Below are positions 50,579 through 63,770 of a DNA stretch of 64,000 nucleotides, piece after piece; the first letter of the stretch is position 1; each line of letters opens with the position of its first letter. The DNA is from Octopus sinensis (taxonomy: Eukaryota). Both the position numbers and the translations under genes were made by a program. Location: contig NC_043002.1 of NCBI RefSeq assembly GCF_006345805.1, forward strand, positions 110,050,001 through 110,114,000. The letters run 5' to 3'. A model generated the notes under the pieces. It did no database searches. It worked only from the letters and a program-made list of their open reading frames with translations, and was not told where the DNA came from.

Positions 50579-51762
50579 TATTTTGGAGGATACTTTGATA
50601 TGTTTTTTTAGCATCTGGAATTAGAAACCTGCAAAAGGCTCAGCCTGCTATTGTAGATCCCAAATCTTCGGCCAGACCTTTGCTTTCCTGTCTTGTACCT
50701 GCTTGCCCATCAAATGAATTCAATTCCTCCACACATTCCATCAAGCCATCCAATCCCACCAGCATGCTATTTTCTACAACTTTCACTTTCTTCTGTCTGG
50801 ATCAATTCTAATTTATTCTATCTTTAACATAGTCTTACCTCTCTATGACATACAACTGAAACATATGTAAATACCTAGCTAGAAGTTCCTTTGCTTCTAG
50901 TCACAACCAATCTGGAGCCCTCATCTGTTCTCACACTCATCGCAATAACTATACTTTTATTTCTAACATCACAACTCTATGAGAATCTAAGTCCACATTC
51001 CAAATTTTTGTCTACATTACATGTATCTGTATAATTATATGATATGAAGAAATGCCATTAAATGCCAATTGTTTCACTACATCATGTGCATATTATACGA
51101 TATGTTGCTGAAACTGACAGATAAACTCAATGAGTATCTTAAAACTTATCACAAAATTTCCAGTTCCTGCAAACCTCTGGAACACCAATTCAACATTCCA
51201 CACCAATGTTGAAAACTAATGATTAATCTCACAAATTACTCAAAGTCAAATCACAAGATTTTTAATAAAAAAGACTCATAATTTTATTATAATGAAAATA
51301 ATTGTTTGAAGTTGTATAGGGATTTAAAAACTGCTTGGCTCTATACTTAGTAGTAACATTACTGTTGCGACTTTAATTAACAGCATCAATAAACTAAAGC
51401 CAGCAAAATCAACATTTCAAAGACTGATAGTAATTTAGTAACAGCCGTAGATAGACAGAACATTTATTAGATGCATCGCTGTTTAATAAATTCTCATTGT
51501 GATTGATCAATGAAATAAAACACCCTGTATATTAACTTGATATAACAGCTGCACCTATAGCTATTCTGTAACCTTTTAAGTAACACATTCACTTTCATCT
51601 TTAGTAATTTAATTAAGTCCCAGGATGCAGTTGCACTTTAATGGAACCACAGACTTAGACAAACAAGGCCAGTAGAGTATAAAAGACATATACATTTATT
51701 AATGAGATGATTCAATATAAACAAAAGATAAAAAAAAAAAAATGATGGATTATATATAACGA

Positions 51763-52180
51763 TAGGCGCAGGAGTGGCTGCGTGGTAAGTAGCTTGCTTA
51801 CCAGCCACATGGTTTCGGGTTCAGTCCCACTGCATGGCATCTTGGGCAAGTGTCTTCTACTCTAGCCTCGGGCCAACCAATTCCTTGTGAGTGGATTTGG
51901 TAGACGGAAACTGAAAGAAGCCCGTCGTATATATGTATATATGTATATATGTGTGTGTGTGTGTATGTTTGTGTGTCTGTGTTTGGCCCCCTAGCATTGC
52001 TTGACAACCGATGCTGGTGTGTTTATGTCTCCGTCACTTAGCGGTTTGGCAAAAAGAGACCGATAGAATAAGTACTGGGCTTACAAAGAATAAGTCCCGG
52101 GGTCGATTTGCTCGACTAAAGGCGGTGCTCCAGTATGGCCGCAGTCAAATGACTGAAACAAGTAAAAGAGTGAAAGAGTA
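51763..52180 (+). mobile_element. SINE family A
   Basis: Full-length homology. Confidence 0.9.
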
Positions 52181-52348
52181 ACTAATGTTATATTCATGTC
52201 CTCTTGTGTTCTGGTTTTCCACTGTATTATTTCAGTTTTCTTGTGTAATGTTGGAGTGAAGTGACATACTTTTTTTCGCACCTTTTCCATATTGGTTACT
52301 TTTGACACTGGAAGTAATTTTCAAAAATAGTTGAACAATACTTTAGAA

Positions 52349-53084
52349 CAGGGGTTCTCAAACATTTTTTTTATCTATACTCTTTACTCTTTTACTTGTT
52401 TCAGTCATTTGACTGCGGCCATGCTGGAGCACCGCCTTTAATCGAGCAACTCGACCCCGGGACTTATTCTTTTGTAAGCCCAATACTTATTCTATCGATC
52501 TCTTTTGCCGAACCGCTAAGTGACGGGGACATAAACACACCAGCATCGGTTGTCAAGCAATGCTAGGGAGACAAACATAGACACACAAACACACATATAC
52601 ATATATACATATATATGACGGGCTTCTTTCAGTTTCCGTCTACCAAATCCACTCACAAGGCTTTGGTCGGCCCGAGGCTATAGTAGAAGACACTTGCCCA
52701 AGGTGCCACGCAGTGGGACTGAACTCGGAACCATTTGGTTGGTAAACAAGCTACTTACCACACAGCCACTCCTGCCCACTCTGGACCCCTTTGATTACTA
52801 TTATATTTTGGTGGACACCCATGGCCATTTGATGTTTAAAAACTAGTTTTATAGAAACTTCTTTCAAAATCCCTAGTTTGTTTTTCACCCATTAACTTGT
52901 GTAGGTTGAACTACGTAAAATGCTGGAGAAAGAAATCTGGCTGTTTCTTGCAATGCATACACCTAAAGTAAAAGTTTTTCAGGGCCCTTACAATTCTGTT
53001 GTGGACAATTCACTTAATTTGTTGTGTGGAGCCCCCACCAAATCTTGTATGGACCCTCAGGGGTCATATGGCTGAGAACCACTG
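52349..53084. mobile_element. hAT-type MITE with a nested family A SINE (52378-52776, minus strand)
   Basis: TIR caggggttctca / tgagaaccactg; exact 8-bp TSD ctttagaa at 52341-52348 and 53085-53092. Confidence 0.85.
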
Positions 53085-53576
53085 CTTTAGAAAATGAAGG
53101 CAGATACAAAATATTTAGTTATTGGTCACACTTCTTATTGACCTGAATGTAAACAATAATAGAATGATGTTGATAATCAGGAAAAAATATTTGGTGAAGT
53201 GGAAAGTTGGGTCTGCTAGACTACTGGATACCTGGTGAATGGAATTTTACTGTAGTTATGATGTTTTTGTATCTTGGAATGGTCGTTATACCAATAATAA
53301 CACACACAAACACTAATGAGTGTGTTATTATTATTGGTGTAATGACCCTCCCAAGAAACAACAAGATTTTTTTTCAACTCATGAATTCACATGAAGAATT
53401 TTGCAAGCCAAATACCAAAGCAAAGTAAAATGTTTTTCTTATTCTTGAGTTGTTATTTATAAATATAAACCATATTATATGCATACTCATGTACTCCAAT
53501 ACAATCATTCAAAATTCTTCCACAAATATAATGACATAAATTACGAATCATTCCAAAATTAGCACTACATACTCAC

Positions 53577-53696
53577 CAGAGCACTGCTTGTTGTTCACAA
53601 GCTGGTATCCTGATTTACAGGAACATTTGTAGCTTCCAACTGAATTGAGACAGTTATGTTGGCAGCCACCATTTCCTTTAGCACATTCATTTATAT
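53577..53696 (-). CDS. cbEGF exon [40 protein letters not shown]
   Basis: 120 nt, phase 1-1, ttttccag| and |gtgagt; six Cys and the D-x-N-E calcium-binding consensus. Confidence 0.92.
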
Positions 53697-53726
53697 CTGG
53701 AAAATTACCATAGGAGAGAAAATTCA

Positions 53727-53783
<57 letters not shown>

Positions 53784-53786
<3 letters not shown>

Positions 53787-54021
53787 TTGTGAGTGGATTT
53801 GGTAGACGGAAACTGAAAGAAGCCTGTCGTATATATGTATATATATGTATATGTGTGTGTCTGTGTTTGTCCCCCTAGCATTGCTTGACAACCGATGCTG
53901 GTGTGTTTATGTCCCCGTTACTTAGCGGTTCAGCAAAAAGAGACCGATAGGATAAGTACTAAAGGTGGTGCTCCAGCATGGCCGCAGTCAAATGACTGAA
54001 ACAAGTAAAAGAGTAAAGAGT
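53784..54021 (+). mobile_element. SINE family A, 5' truncated, following (TA)n
   Basis: Homology to the 3' part of family A. Confidence 0.85.
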
Positions 54022-54415
54022 TAATCCAAACATGAAAACACAAAGAGAAAACACAACATGAGGATGTGAAACAAGTATAGTGTTATTGGACGCTCAGGAA
54101 AGGAAAGAAAGAAGGAGGATTTAACGTTTCGAGCAGAGCTCTTCGTCAGAAACACAGAAAAAGGAAAGATCCAAGGAAGGGAACATGGAGGAAAAAAATC
54201 ACCAACAGTACACATGTGGTCATAACGTATATATATATATATATGTTATCATCATCACCATTATTGTTCAACATCTAACTTCCATGCATGCATGGGTAGG
54301 ACATATATATATATATATATCCAGCTGTATAAAAGTAAACACATTTTTTTTCTTCTTTCTCTCTTCCTTCTTCCTTTCATTCTCTTTTCCATTGACACTT
54401 CTTTCAGATACAAAG

Positions 54416-54453
<38 letters not shown>

Positions 54454-54979
54454 TCTCTCACTTTCTCCCCATTCCTCACCTTCTTTTACAATATTATATC
54501 TCTCTCCACCCCTACACACTCAATAATACTATAAAAAGAGACAAATCTCCTGAAAAAATTCAATCTGAAGACTCCACTAGAGTGGACACAAGCGCTTATA
54601 TATGATTTATAAAAACATGTGACATATTAATAAATATCTGTAAATATAAAACCATCCAGATTTCTGAGTACCTTATTTCTTCTAATATATAATACCTGTA
54701 CATCTACCAAATCCACTCACAAGGCTTTTGTTGACCTGAGGCTATAGTAAAACTTGCCCAAAGTGCCATGAGTGGGACTGAACCGGGAACCCTGTGGTTG
54801 GGAAATCCATCTTTACATTCTGAGTTCAAATTCTGCTGAGGTTCACTTTGCTTTACATTCTTTCAGGGTCATTAAAATAAGTACCAGTTGGACACTGGGG
54901 TCAATGTAATTGGCTTATCCCCTCCTCCAAAGTTGCTGGCCTTCTGCCAAAATATGAAATGAATATTATGTTACAGAGA

Positions 54980-55213
54980 AAGGTGGTGAGCTGGCAGAAT
55001 CATTAGCATGCCATGCAAAATACTTACTCTTTTACTTGTTTCAGTCATTTGGCTGCGGCCATGCTGGAGCACCACCTTTAGTCGAGCAAATCAACTCCGG
55101 GACTTATTCTTTGGAAGCCCAGTACTTATTCTATCGGTCTCTTTTGCCGAACCGCTAAGTGACAGGGACGTAAACACACCAGCATTGGTTGTCAAGCAAT
55201 GCTAGGGGGACAA

Positions 55214-55247
<34 letters not shown>

Positions 55248-55595
55248 ATACATATATACGACAAGCTTCTTTCAGTTTCCGTCTACCAAATCCACTCACA
55301 AGGCATTGGTCGGCCTGGGGCTATAGCAGAAGACACTTGCCCAAGATGCCACGCAGTGGGACTGAACCCGGAACCCTGTGGTTGGTTAGCAAGCTACTTA
55401 CCACACAGCCACTCCTGCGCCTACTTAGTGGCATTTCATCCATCTTTATGTTCTGAGTTCAAATTCCACCAAGCTTGACTTGGCCTTTCATCCCTTTGAG
55501 GTCAATAAAGTAAGGACCAGTTGAGCACTGAGGTCAATCTATTCAACTTACCCCATCCCCAAAATTCCTGGCCTTATGCCAAAATTTGAAACCAA
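54980..55595 (+). mobile_element. SINE family C with a nested family A SINE (55022-55423, minus strand)
   Basis: Family C head at 54982-55021 resumes at 55424. Confidence 0.75.
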
Positions 55596-56161
55596 TAATG
55601 TTACAAAGTGCTAAAGACTTTATCTCTCTATAGCATGATGCAAAATAATGTTTCCCGATGATCTACTGTGGTTAAGCATCCAATTGCACTTGGAACCTTT
55701 GAAGCATCCAATGTAGAGTTCCACGCAAACTCAATGGTGAAACATCCGTAGAAACAGATGATGTAAACTTAAGTTTATTGTAATTTCTCCTAGATATTCA
55801 CTCTGTATATGAAAGCTAGTAATACTAGTAAGTATAGTAGTAGCTAAACCACTATACTAGAAGCAGACTGGACGATGATAATTGATGTGGCGCTCTAAGC
55901 TCAACAGTAGCATTCGAACATCAATTTGTATACACATAATATACCATGTGTGTGTGTGTGTATGCACATGTAATTGTCTATATATTTCATGAGTCAGAAA
56001 GAATGGCTATAGTATTATATATCATTTATACTATATCATTGTATACTTTATGTTAAGTATACTATTCCATTCAGTCATATCAGATAATTACTGAACTTGC
56101 TTCTCCTTTCTTGGCATTAATCCCATTTGGTCATATATTGGCTGTCATGAAACAGTATTAT

Positions 56162-56562
56162 TACTCTTTTACTCTTTTACTTGTTTCAGTCATTTGATTG
56201 CAGCCATGCTGGAGCACTGCCTTTAATCAAGCAACTCGACCCCGGGACTTATTCTTTTGTAAGCCCAGTACTTATTTTATCGGTCTCTTTTGCTGAACTG
56301 CTAAGTAACGGGGACACAAACACACCAGCATCGGTTGTCAAGCAATGCTAGGGGGACAAACACAGACACACAAACACACACCCGCATATATATATATATA
56401 TATATACACGACGGGCTTCTTTCAGTTTCCGTCTACCAAATCCACTCACAAGGCTTTGGTCGGCCTGAGGCTATAGTAGAAGACACTTGCCCAAGGTGCC
56501 ATGCAGTGGAACTGAACCCGGAACCATGTGGTTGGTAAACAAGCTACTTACCACACAGCCAT
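56162..56562 (-). mobile_element. SINE family A
   Basis: Near full-length homology. Confidence 0.9.
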
Positions 56563-56969
56563 GTAAATAATTATTAGATATATGTATGGGAGAGCTTATG
56601 TGAAATGAGGTAATTTGAGAATAAAGCAAGTGAATGAAATGATGTGGCCTCAGAATAGCAAAAGCACAAGTTCTGCTGAGTTAGACATGAGTCAAGGTCA
56701 ACAGACAAGTAACTGATGTGTCTAGTTGCCAAGTGGTATTAAAGAGAACAGAAAAAGCCACTTGAAAGGTTTCCAAAATGATAAGAATTTAGTTAAATAA
56801 TTTGACCCAATATGGCAAGAAAGGTGCAATCAAGAAAGAATTGGAAGCACTTTGTGATCAGCAGTATATAACAACATCCAATAGTTTGGGTGATAAATAT
56901 ATATATATATATATATTGAGAAGAAAGGAGGTCACGGAATTTTGGAAAAAGAATTTTTTTATTTACACT

Positions 56970-57365
56970 TTACTCTCTCTTTTACTTGTTTCAGTCATTT
57001 GACTGCGGCCATGCTGGAGCACCGCCTTTAGTCGAGCAAATCGACCCCGGGACTTATTCTTTGTAAGCCCTGTACTTATTCTATCGGTCTCTTTTGCCGA
57101 ACCGCTAAGTGACGGGGACGTAAACACACCAGCATCGGTTGTCAAGCAATGCTAGGGGGATAAACACACACACACACACAAACACATACACACATACATA
57201 TATATATACATATATACGACAGGCTTCTTTCAGTTTCCGTCTACCAAATCCACTCACAAGGCATTGGTCGGCCCGGGGCTATAGCAGAAGACACTTGCCC
57301 AAGATGCCACGCAGTGGGACTGAACCCGGAACCATGTGGCTGGTTAGCAAGCTACTTACCACACT
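56970..57365 (-). mobile_element. SINE family A
   Basis: Near full-length homology. Confidence 0.9.
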
Positions 57366-57630
57366 AGCAGTTTTGTTCATTTTTTGAACTTGTCAAATAA
57401 AATTTTTTTTGTCAATGTACAAAAAAATTTTATTTGACAAGTTTGAAAAATGAATGGAAGTGCTAATAATAATGACTAAATAAAAAAATTCTCTTTCCAA
57501 AATTCTGGCGACCTCCTCTTTTCCCAATATTCAATATCTGTACCCCACTTCTAACACTCTATACATATATATATATATATATATATACAGAAATCCCTCA
57601 CCATATTGTGGTTTACCTATCACGGTTTAT

Positions 57631-59220
57631 TCATCATCATCGTTTAACGTCCGTTCACCATGCTAGCATGGGTTGGACGGTTCGACCGGGGATCTGGGAA
57701 GCCAGAAGGCTGCACCAGGCTCCAGTCTTATCTGGCAATGTTTCTACAGCTGGATGCCTTTCCTAACGCCAACCACTCCATGAGTGTAGTGGGTGCTTTT
57801 TATGTGCCGCCCGCACAGGTGCCAGGCAAGGCTGGCAACGGCCACAGTCGGATTGGTGCAATTTATGTGCCACCGGCACAGAAGCCAGTCGAGGCGGCGC
57901 TGGCATCGGCCACGATTCGGATAGTGCTTTTTTACGTACCACCAGTCCAGGGGTCCTGGCATCTGCCAGGTGCCAGTCATAGGATTGGTTCAATTTCGAT
58001 TTCGATTTCGATTTCACTTGCCCCAACATGTCTTCGCAAGCAAAGGGGGTTGGCATGGGTGCCTGTCGTCGGATGAGGTTCGATATCGACTTCACTTGCT
58101 TCAACAGGTCTTTGTGTGTCCAAGGGAGGAAAGGCATGCATAAGTGGGCTGGACTCACTTGTCCTGCCTGGTCTTCTCACGTACAGCATATTTCCAAAGG
58201 TCTCGGTCGCCGGTCATTTCCTCAGTGAGGCCTAAAGTTCGAAGGTTGTGCTTCACCACCTCGTCCCAGGTTTTCCTGGGTCTACCTCTTCCACGGGTTC
58301 CCTCAACTGCTAGGGATTGGCACTTTCTCACACACCTATCTTCATCCATTCTCGCCACATGACCATACCAGTGCAATCGTCTTTCTTGCACACCACAACT
58401 GATGCTTCTTAGGTACAACATTTCTCTCAAGGTACTAACGCTCTGTCGAGTATGTACACTGACATTACACATCCATCGGAGCATACCGGCTTCATTCCTC
58501 ACGAGCTTACGCATGTCCTCAGCAGTCATGGCCCATGTTTCACTGCCATGTAGTATGGCTGTTCGTACACATGCATCATACAGTCTGCCTTTTACTCTGA
58601 GCGAGAGGCCTTTAGTCACCAGCAGAGGTAAGAGCTCCCTAAACTTTGCCCAGGCTATTCTTATTCTAGCAGTTACACTTTCAATGCACCCACCCCCACT
58701 ACTGACTTGGTCACCTAGATAACGGAAGCTATCAACTACTTCTAGTTTTTCCCCCTGGAAAGTGACGGAAGTTGTTTTCTGCAGATTTTTGGAGGTTAAT
58801 GCTCCCGAGCATCTGCCACATACAAAAACTATCTTCCCAGTTAGCCTACCTTTGACATTGCTGCACCTCTTATGTGTCCATAGCTTACACTGGGTACATC
58901 TTATAGAGTTTCTACCTACACCTTTTCTACAGATCGAGCAGTGCCATCTTCCTGAAGACATTTGTGGATTGTCTACCTTCCTACTTATTAGTACTTTGGT
59001 TTTAGCTAGGTTGACTCTAAGGCCCCTCGATTCTAAACCCTCCTTCCACACCTGGAACTTCTCCTCCAGTTCTGATAGTGACTCAGCAATTAGAGCAAGC
59101 TCCCAGGGGCAACCTGTCTTGAATTCCTCCGTAATTGCTTGGAGGACTATGATAAATAGGAGGGGGCTGAGTACTGAACCCTGGTGGACCCCAACCTCTA
59201 CTTTGAATTCTTCTGTGTAT
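57631..59220 (-). mobile_element. 5'-truncated RTE-clade LINE: open ORF ~59219 to 58155, long 3' UTR, (GAT)n tail
   Basis: GVHQGSVLSPLLF, VNLAKTK, FRYLGD, ILHGSETW, WYGHV and GRGRPRKTW motifs; YADD absent; PHD-like Cys-rich insert. Confidence 0.92.
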
Positions 59221-59280
59221 TATTTAAGCTTATGTCATTTCCTCCATTGTGTTGTTTTTTATAATAGAATAAATATATAT

Positions 59281-59575
59281 TACGGAGATGTACTCGCATA
59301 GCGAGTGATTTGATCTGAGATCGTGTGCTGAAACGAAAACAATTGCAGCATGGAAGGTGTTTGTAAGCCATTTAAGAAACACACAAAAGCCGTTCGATTC
59401 ACTTCAACATTTAAGTTTAATTTGTCAAAATATTTTCGCCACTTTAAGACCGCGACCTGTTCACTGACAAAAATCTGTGCTGCATCTGTGCAGCACAAAT
59501 TTTTGTCAGTGAACGAAAATATTTTGACAAATTAAACTTGAAGTGAATCGAACGGCTTTTGTGTGTTTCTTAAAT
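59281..59575. mobile_element. Foldback element, family of 39630, opposite orientation
   Basis: Homologous extension and arms. Confidence 0.75.
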
Positions 59576-59719
59576 AAATATATACAAATTATGAAAATAA
59601 TAAAATAAACATACAGTAGAGTAGTTTTTACTTTGCGGATTTTCACCTATCACAGGGGTTTTTGGAATGTAACACAATAACAGTTGCGGGATTACTGTAT
59701 GTATGTATATATATATATA

Positions 59720-60075
59720 TCATCATCATCATCATCATCATCGTTTAACGTCCGTTTTCCCTGCTAACATGGATTGGACAGTACGACTGGGGTCTGGGAA
59801 ACCAGGAGGCTGTGCCAGGCTCCAGTCTGATCTGACAGTGTTTCTACAGCTGGATGACCTTCCTAATGCCAAACACTCCATGAGTGTAGTGGGTGCTTTT
59901 TACGTGCCACCAGCACAGGGGCCAGAGGAGGCTGGCAAACGGCTATGATCAGTTGGTGCTTTTTACATGTCACTGACACGGACACCAGTCAAGTGGCACT
60001 GGTGGTGCAACTCCCTGGCTTTCCAGTTCTCAGTCAAACCATCCAACCCATGTCAGCATAGAAAATGGATGCTGA
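59720..60075 (-). mobile_element. RTE LINE 3' tail
   Basis: (CAT)n followed by the family 3' end. Confidence 0.8.
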
Positions 60076-60209
60076 TGTTTATATATATTGATTATATATA
60101 TTTGTTTATATATATATATATACCGGAGTAAACACATAAATGTGAAACAAGGTGGAAAAAAAGAGTACTCAAATACCAGTAGTAGAGTAATATGCTTTAT
60201 TTAAATAAA

Positions 60210-60318
<109 letters not shown>

Positions 60319-60360
60319 TATGTAGTAGAATTGTAAAGAGAAAATACTTGGTACAGTATT

Positions 60361-60853
60361 ATATCCATTTGCACGAATGAGTTGAGATGGCTTTTTGAGG
60401 GATAATTTTTATTTTAATCTTAATAATAATCTTTACACTGAGTTACTCTATGAGTTTCAATCTTCAAAGTAGTCATTTTCAAACTGAAAAATATGTTGTA
60501 CTGATTGCTTAAATAGCAAAAGATATTCTTATAAGTATACATACAAAAAGAAAAAAAATAAAAAATAAAAAAGAATTTTATTTTTATTTTATTTCTATTT
60601 TTCATTTTTTATATTATTTATTTATTAGTTTTTCTTTTCCCTTTTGTGTATATTTTTCGGCATGTATACTTATAAGAAAATCTTTTGCTAGTTAAGCAAC
60701 CAGTCAAACCCTTTTTTTTTTGCAGTGTGAAAATGGCTACTCTGAAGCTTGAAACTCATAACAGAGTAACTCAGAGTAAAAATTATCATTAAGATTAAAA
60801 CAAAAATTATCCCCTCGAATAGCCATCTCAACTCATTTGTGCAAATGTCTATA
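60361..60853. mobile_element. MITE with ~190-bp inverted arms and AT-rich spacer
   Basis: catttgcacgaatgagttgagatggct (60366) versus agccatctcaactcatttgtgcaaatg (~60821-60847). Confidence 0.8.
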
Positions 60854-60866
60854 TATATATATATGT

Positions 60867-60901
<35 letters not shown>

Positions 60902-61315
60902 ATTTATTAATAAATAAAATATATGCATATATATATATACATATATGTACGTACCTACCTCTACATGTATATATACACACATATATGAGTACAGGACACC
61001 AAAAAAACGTCGAAAACAATGAGAAACGAAAACATGACACAAACCCAAGGAACTAGAGATTTTACTTAAACAACAAAAAAATAGAGTACATGACAAATAA
61101 CACAAGGAAAAAACCCCTTCTTCAGTCGCCATGGTTTCATCTACTCTACGTTTCAAAGGTGAAGGTGAGACGTATCTTCGATAGAAACTTTCCTTCCTGT
61201 GAAAAGCAAATCAAATAAAATTTGAGATCTTTTTGCAGAGGGGTAAAAATGGTAACAAAAACAGGACAGTAACGACAGTACAAAATATAAGCAGTAAAAG
61301 ACAGGACAAGGAATA

Positions 61316-61765
61316 TATATTGAGGGCATTACTATACATAAATGCCACACACTAGGAGGGACTCTTAAAGTCAAAACTACCAAAATAGATAAACACATTG
61401 TACCGAATACGAAGGACTGCACGTTGTACCGAGATGCAATTCTAAAAAAAAGCCACCTTTTACATAGATATATAAGGATGAACAATTCTGTATACTACGC
61501 TGGATACCTCTTGGTGTTCGTCGGGTATGTTGATTTTTGTTCATTCTCTATGTATCTTAAATTATGCTTGCACTGAAGATTAAAAAGTGCATTTGTGCAC
61601 TAATTATGAAATCATATGATATGCAGCTGAATTCTGTTTTTAAAAGGCTCGCTTCGAGAGTTGCATTCCCTCGAATTCGGTACAATGTTTATTCATTTTG
61701 GTAGTTTTGACTTTAAGAGTCCCTCCTAGCATGTGGCATTTATGTATAGAAATGCCCTCAATATA
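61316..61765. mobile_element. MITE with ~95-bp inverted arms
   Basis: 61316-61412 versus 61672-61765 (tgagggcatt..ggagggactcttaaagtcaaaactaccaaaat). Confidence 0.8.
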
Positions 61766-61867
61766 AATAAATATATTTAAGAGGAAAAATTGATAGGTTT
61801 TTACCTTATGAGGTTTTTCATGTTAACTACTTGATAAATTCTTATAAAGATTTTATCCTATTTTTCA

Positions 61868-61924
<57 letters not shown>

Positions 61925-61926
<2 letters not shown>

Positions 61927-62612
61927 CACCATCATCATCATCATCATCGTCATTTAACGTCCGTTGTCTATGCTGGCATGGGTTGGACGGTTTGACTGGG
62001 CTGTTACACTGGAAGGCTGCATCAGACTCCAGTCTGATTTAACATGGTTTTCTACAGCTGGATACCCTTCTTAATGCCAACCACCCTGAGAGTGTAATGG
62101 GTGCTTTTACATGCCACCAGCATGGGTGCACTTGGTTTGACAGGTCCTCTCAAGGACAGCACATTGCTAAAGGTTCTTGGTCATTAGTCATTGTCTCTAT
62201 GAGGCTCAAAGTTTGAAGATCATGCTTCTCCACTTCGTTCCATGTCTACTTCTATCACAGGTTCCCTCCACAATTAGAGATTGACACTTCTTTACACAGC
62301 TGTCCTCGTCCATAAACACCACATGACCATACTAGCACAGTCATCTCTCTTGCACAACCCATCTGATGCCTCTTATGTCTAACTTTTCTCTCAAGATGCT
62401 TACACTCTGTCAAACATGCACACTGACATTCCACATCCAGTGAAGCACACTGGCTTTATTTCTTTCAAGCCTGTGCATGACCTCAGCTTTCATAGTCCAT
62501 GTTTCACTGCCATGTAGCATAGCTGTTCACACACAGGCATCAAACAATCTGCTTTTCACTCTGAGAGAGAGGCCTTTTGTTATATCTAGCCATAGAAAAT
62601 CTGCTTCAGCGA
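61925..62612 (-). mobile_element. Older RTE copy (3' tail plus decayed ORF end)
   Basis: GLSLRVKSRLFDACV etc.; homologous to 58155-58620. Confidence 0.8.
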
Positions 62613-62802
62613 CACATGGAAACATGGAACAGGGATTATTAAATGACAACGGTAATGATATAGATACCACACACATTCCCACACACACATGCCCCCCACA
62701 CACACACACTCACACACTCAAACACACAATCATTCAAACTATTTTCATAAATATGATGACATCTGTCAACTAAGATCATTCCAAAATTACAGGTACACTC
62801 AC

Positions 62803-62922
62803 CAGAGCACTGTTTGTTGTTCACAAGCTGGTATCCTGATTTACAGGAACATTTGTAGCTTCCAACTGAATTGAGACAGTTATGTTGGCAGCCACCATTT
62901 CCTTTAGCACATTCATTTATAT
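62803..62922 (-). CDS. cbEGF exon [40 protein letters not shown]
   Basis: 120 nt, phase 1-1, canonical splice sites; 119/120 identical to 53577-53696. Confidence 0.92.
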
Positions 62923-63387
62923 CTGGAAAATTACCATAGGAGAGAAAATTCTTGAAAATAATTCACACAAAGACACACGCAGATAGACATTTTCTATAAA
63001 AGAACGTATTTTCTTATTCTCAAAAGTACCTATATATATTTCCTTCAAACCTCCTGGATTAACAATGTGCAAAAAGGCTCAGGTCCTAAACCATTGTCCA
63101 CTATAGCCCATCCACCAACTGTGTTCAATTCACCTTCTACTCTACCACTCAACTTCTCCAGCATGCAACATGTCACAACATTCAGTTTCTCCAAGTTGAT
63201 TTAACTACATTTCCAATCTTTCCCAAATCCTGCCCCACTCATACATGAATACCTGATTTGCCGTTCCTTTGCTTCTAGTCAATCTCATCATGGAACCTCC
63301 ATCTTCCTACTCTCACTGCAAAAACTAACTTTTTGTCAACATCACTCCACAAGTGTAGATTCAAAATGTTTGGCTTCATTATGGATG

Positions 63388-63770
63388 GATGGAAGCACTC
63401 CGTCGGTTACGACGCCAAGGGTTCCAGTTGATCCGAATCAATGGAACAGCCTGCTCGTGAAATTAACGTGTAAGTTGAGCACTCCACAGACACGTGTACC
63501 CATAACGTAGTTCTCGGGGATATTCAGCGTGACACAGAGAGTGACAAGGCCGGCCCTTTGAAATACAGGTACAACAGAAACGGGAAGTAAGAGTGAGAGA
63601 AAGTTGTGGTGAAAGAGTACAGCAGGGATCACCACCATCCCCTGCCGGAGCCTCGTGGAGCTATAGGTGTTTTCACTCAATAAACACTCACAACGCCCGG
63701 TCTGGGAATCAAAACCGCGATCCTATGACCGCGAGTCCGCTGCCCTAGCCACTGGGCCATTGCGCCTCCA
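63388..63770 (-). mobile_element. SINE family B
   Basis: Full-length homology. Confidence 0.9.
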
